NCBI GenBank assembly: GCA_950097015.1
Contig: CATNEN010000002.1
Coordinates: forward strand, 7,254,001 to 7,318,000
Direction of reading: 5' to 3'
Length of the DNA: 64,000 bases
From: Macrostomum hystrix
Taxonomy: Eukaryota; Animalia; Platyhelminthes
Position 1 is the first letter of the stretch; every line of letters starts with the position of its first letter. Shown here one piece after another: positions 61,340 to 64,000 of the stretch. The notes beneath the pieces are model-generated. The model had not been told where the DNA came from. It made no database searches and saw only the letters and a list, made by a program, of their open reading frames with translations. The position numbers and the translations under genes were made by a program.

Positions 61340-62275
61340 TCACGCAATGTACGCGCGAATGCTAGCCAGAATGCCCTCCCCGCACTCGGGGCAGTTGGAC
61401 CTGCGCGACAGGCAGCCGCCGCACAGCAGGAAGTGGGCACAGGGCAGGGTCACGTGACTTCGCCTACTTGACTTGCACGTGACGCACTGGTCCGAGTCGT
61501 CTGTCTGTGGTGATTTTTTATCGATTTCCGCACTAGAACTCGGCTGCTGCAGTTGCTGTGCCATCGCCTGTGACTGTTGGGGTTGTAGCTGGGCGGGCGT
61601 CGCCGACGATGACAGAACCTCCCTCGTTTGGCAGGCCTCGGTCAGGGCCCGCTGAATGTCGACGACTGTTTCGTCTGGCATGGAGTCGAGCATTGGCTCA
61701 GAGTCCTGCATGAGCTGGATGAGGTCTCCGGGCCGGCTGGTCGGCAGGGCGCCGTCCCGACTGCGCATGAACTGGCGGCAGATGACGAAGATCATTCGAC
61801 GCTTGTCGAATCCGTAGGAGGCCACGCAGCCGAGCAGGTGCTGGTTGCTCGCCGAGCCGAGCTCATTGTGAAGCTTTACGCAGGCGCGGTGAAGCTTAGC
61901 GGCGTCGGCAGGTACGGCGCCGACTTCGGCGGCCTTGAGCAGTCGAGCGAGCTGGCAGTTCGGGCTGCCGTCCAGGTGCTGCTTGAGCGGATCTGCTGTC
62001 GAATCGAACAGCAAGCTGGGCTCGCAGCGCAGTCCGCAGTGGAAGCAGATTAGCGATGACGAAGTCGCCGCCGCCGCTGCTGCTGCAGTTGCTTCTGTTT
62101 TAACGAAAAACCCGGCGTCCGCCCATCTCTCCGCGCTGCCATTGTCTTTGTCGCGGGACTCTTTGTTATTTTCGCTTTCATTGGGTGACTTCGGGCTGAT
62201 TCTGCGTCCCTCTGGGAAAGTTTCAAGACGACGTTTCAGTGTCAGGAGGTCCGGGTGGTGAGCAGCTGTGGCCAC
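61340..62275 (-). CDS. IAP-like protein: one BIR, a UBA-like middle region and a C-terminal RING; 5' exon/start not identified
   Basis: BIR: RRLETF…WADAGFF…CFHC…HLDGSPNC. RING: CVTC…PCAHFLLCGGC…CPEC…RAYIA at the C-terminus. There is no in-frame ATG before the BIR, so an upstream exon is likely. Confidence 0.88.
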   Translation of the reverse strand: MATAAHHPDLLTLKRRLETFPEGRRISPKSPNESENNKESRDKDNGSAERWADAGFFVKTEATAAAAAAATSSSLICFHCGLRCEPSLLFDSTADPLKQHLDGSPNCQLARLLKAAEVGAVPADAAKLHRACVKLHNELGSASNQHLLGCVASYGFDKRRMIFVICRQFMRSRDGALPTSRPGDLIQLMQDSEPMLDSMPDETVVDIQRALTEACQTREVLSSSATPAQLQPQQSQAMAQQLQQPSSSAEIDKKSPQTDDSDQCVTCKSSRRSHVTLPCAHFLLCGGCLSRRSNCPECGEGILASIRAYIA

Positions 62276-62413
62276 GAATATAAGCGAGCCTTCACCATGC
62301 AGGATTCGGAGTTACATATTTATGACTTTAATTCTGTCTCTTCCGACAAAGCGAACTCATATTTAAATACATGTATTACTAGCTGCAGTGCTCATAAACT
62401 AATGAAATCACTT

Positions 62414-62750
62414 AATAATAATAATAATAATTGCAGGAGGGCTGTGGGCAATTGCACATCATTTAGTGACACTAGACCCGCAACCAGCGAGGAGGCAATT
62501 CTACCCATTTCGCTGACTCCTGAGCACACACGCTCACACAGGTGTGTACATCTGCCCTGACTTTCTCATCGTCAGGCAGTGTACACTTCACTGTGCCTTG
62601 GAGGTTGTACCTCAAGGGCGTAAATTGCACGACAAGCCCCCAAGCCTTCTCTCCGCGGCTGCGCCCCAAATAAATGTGGCCTCGCCATGGAATCGAACGT
62701 AGGGACCTTGGTGCGAGAGGCAAACGCGTTAACCGCTCTGCCACCGACCC
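62414..62750 (-). mobile_element. Full-length tRNA-derived SINE (337 bp)
   Basis: tRNA-like head GGGTCGGTGGCAGAGCGGTTAA…GTTCGATTCC (A and B boxes), (ATT)n tail, and 13-bp TSD AATGAAATCACTT at 62401-62413 and 62751-62763. Confidence 0.92.
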
Positions 62751-63924
62751 AATGAAATCACTTGAACCCTTGAACCAGTTACTTGAAGTCCACTGGTTAG
62801 TTTCTATTATGCTTGTGAGTACCTGCCTACTTTTAAGTAGTAAGGATAATCCGAGCGCGCAAAGTTCTCAATGCATGTGTGATAACTGCCAAGAAGAGTA
62901 TTGTGAAAGTAATTTCTAAGTCTCAAACAATGGCGGAATCTGTTTTCGACAACTTTCATGCTAAGACAAGCTCCTGGATAATGCCGTTTATTTTTTACTT
63001 CAATCTTACATAAATGCATCTTAATGCTTTAGGGCATTTCTTTTGCAAGTTGAAGTAAATGCAATATAACACGACATTTTACGAGCAGAATAAAATAATG
63101 GCATCTTAAGTCGGCTCAAACAGCGCTCCTAACTGTGTACATATGTTCAGTCCATGGACTGAATCTAAAATCACCCTATAGTTTCTATCCTAGATAAATG
63201 ATACTCATTTTACAACTGTGTGAACTGAAGGAACCCTAGGAAAATTATCTTGGACTCAGGCTGTATTCACTGAAGTTCTTATTGTAAACTTACATGTTAT
63301 GTAAACAAAGACTTCCTGGCGATGAATCCGATTCATTAAATGGCGCAGCTTGTTTGCGGTCTGGTTGCTAAACATGACGGATAAGACCTGTGTTGCGAAA
63401 TCACTGTACTCTACATTGGCCATATTTCAATGCTTTCAAATAGGCAAGTTTCAAATGCTTTTGTAATTCTGCTTCGCGCAAATTATCTTTCGATTTCACA
63501 CATGAGAATCAGTCACATACGAGAAATTAACTTGTATTTATACTGCACAAACGCACTTGTCAAAACTTATACGAGTAGAACATTCCACTTGGATATTCAT
63601 GGCAGTTATTTGAAGAATTCCACTTCCTTTGTGACTCATGGAATTCACAGACTATTAATAGATTATTTTCTGGTGTACATTTCTATCTGGAAAAGAAGAC
63701 TGCTGTACGCTTGTACGAGTACATGCATTGTAGAGTAAATAGAAAAAAGTAGAGAAGGATCATCTAGCAAAAAAATTCATGACTAAATACCTGGTTAAAT
63801 TAAAAACATAACATTTCCGTCACGAGTCCAAAGCTAATTATAATTATTACAATAGCCGTCTGTTTAGTCGCCGTATTCCTTCTTGAGAACTGATGTCACC
63901 AAATGCGAAGCTAATAATAATTAT

Positions 63925-64000
63925 AACTCTCCTCTTGTGCGATTCTTATGAGAGTGACTCTCCTCTTGTGCGATTCTTATGAGAGTGACTCTCCTCTTGT
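63925..64000. repeat. 31-bp minisatellite (CTCCTCTTGTGCGATTCTTATGAGAGTGACT)n, runs off the window end
   Basis: At least two units visible. Confidence 0.85.

Noticed and set aside
62540-62600. Hammerhead-like CTGACGA…GAAA core inside the SINE
   Set aside because: Only 3 nt lie between CUGANGA and GAAA, so helix II cannot form; no convincing helices I and III.

Overview
Eukaryotic, satellite-rich genomic DNA with GC3-rich exons and short introns. It resembles a free-living flatworm such as Macrostomum (inference only). Positions 1-17667 are a tandem segmental duplication (copy 1: before position 1 to 10925; copy 2: 10926-17667). Each copy carries an intact 3-exon, 132-aa minimal claudin/PMP22-like gene not reconstructed by the ORF track, a decayed Crypton (DUF3504 tyrosine recombinase) element, several minisatellites and a tRNA-derived SINE. 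The two small genes differ almost entirely by non-synonymous changes. Only copy 1 has acquired a deleted Gypsy element, a 5'-truncated RTE LINE and a 2.3-kb solo-LTR-like insertion. Further along are: a single-pass membrane protein gene with MRAP-like layout; an unidentified spliced gene; an intronless class A orphan GPCR; a CRAL-TRIO gene; a C2H2 zinc-finger region that may be fused to a Polycomb-like (Pcl/PHF1/MTF2/PHF19) gene with a degenerate Tudor domain; a 602-bp MITE with a 9-bp TSD; and a BIR-RING IAP-like gene. About 25 tandem-repeat arrays are present. Two of them look like hidden protein-coding repeats: a 30-bp array behind a signal peptide, (GNQIDVDTTT)n, and a 21-bp array whose variants are mostly synonymous, (PDTDNQL)n. 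All counts were made by hand.
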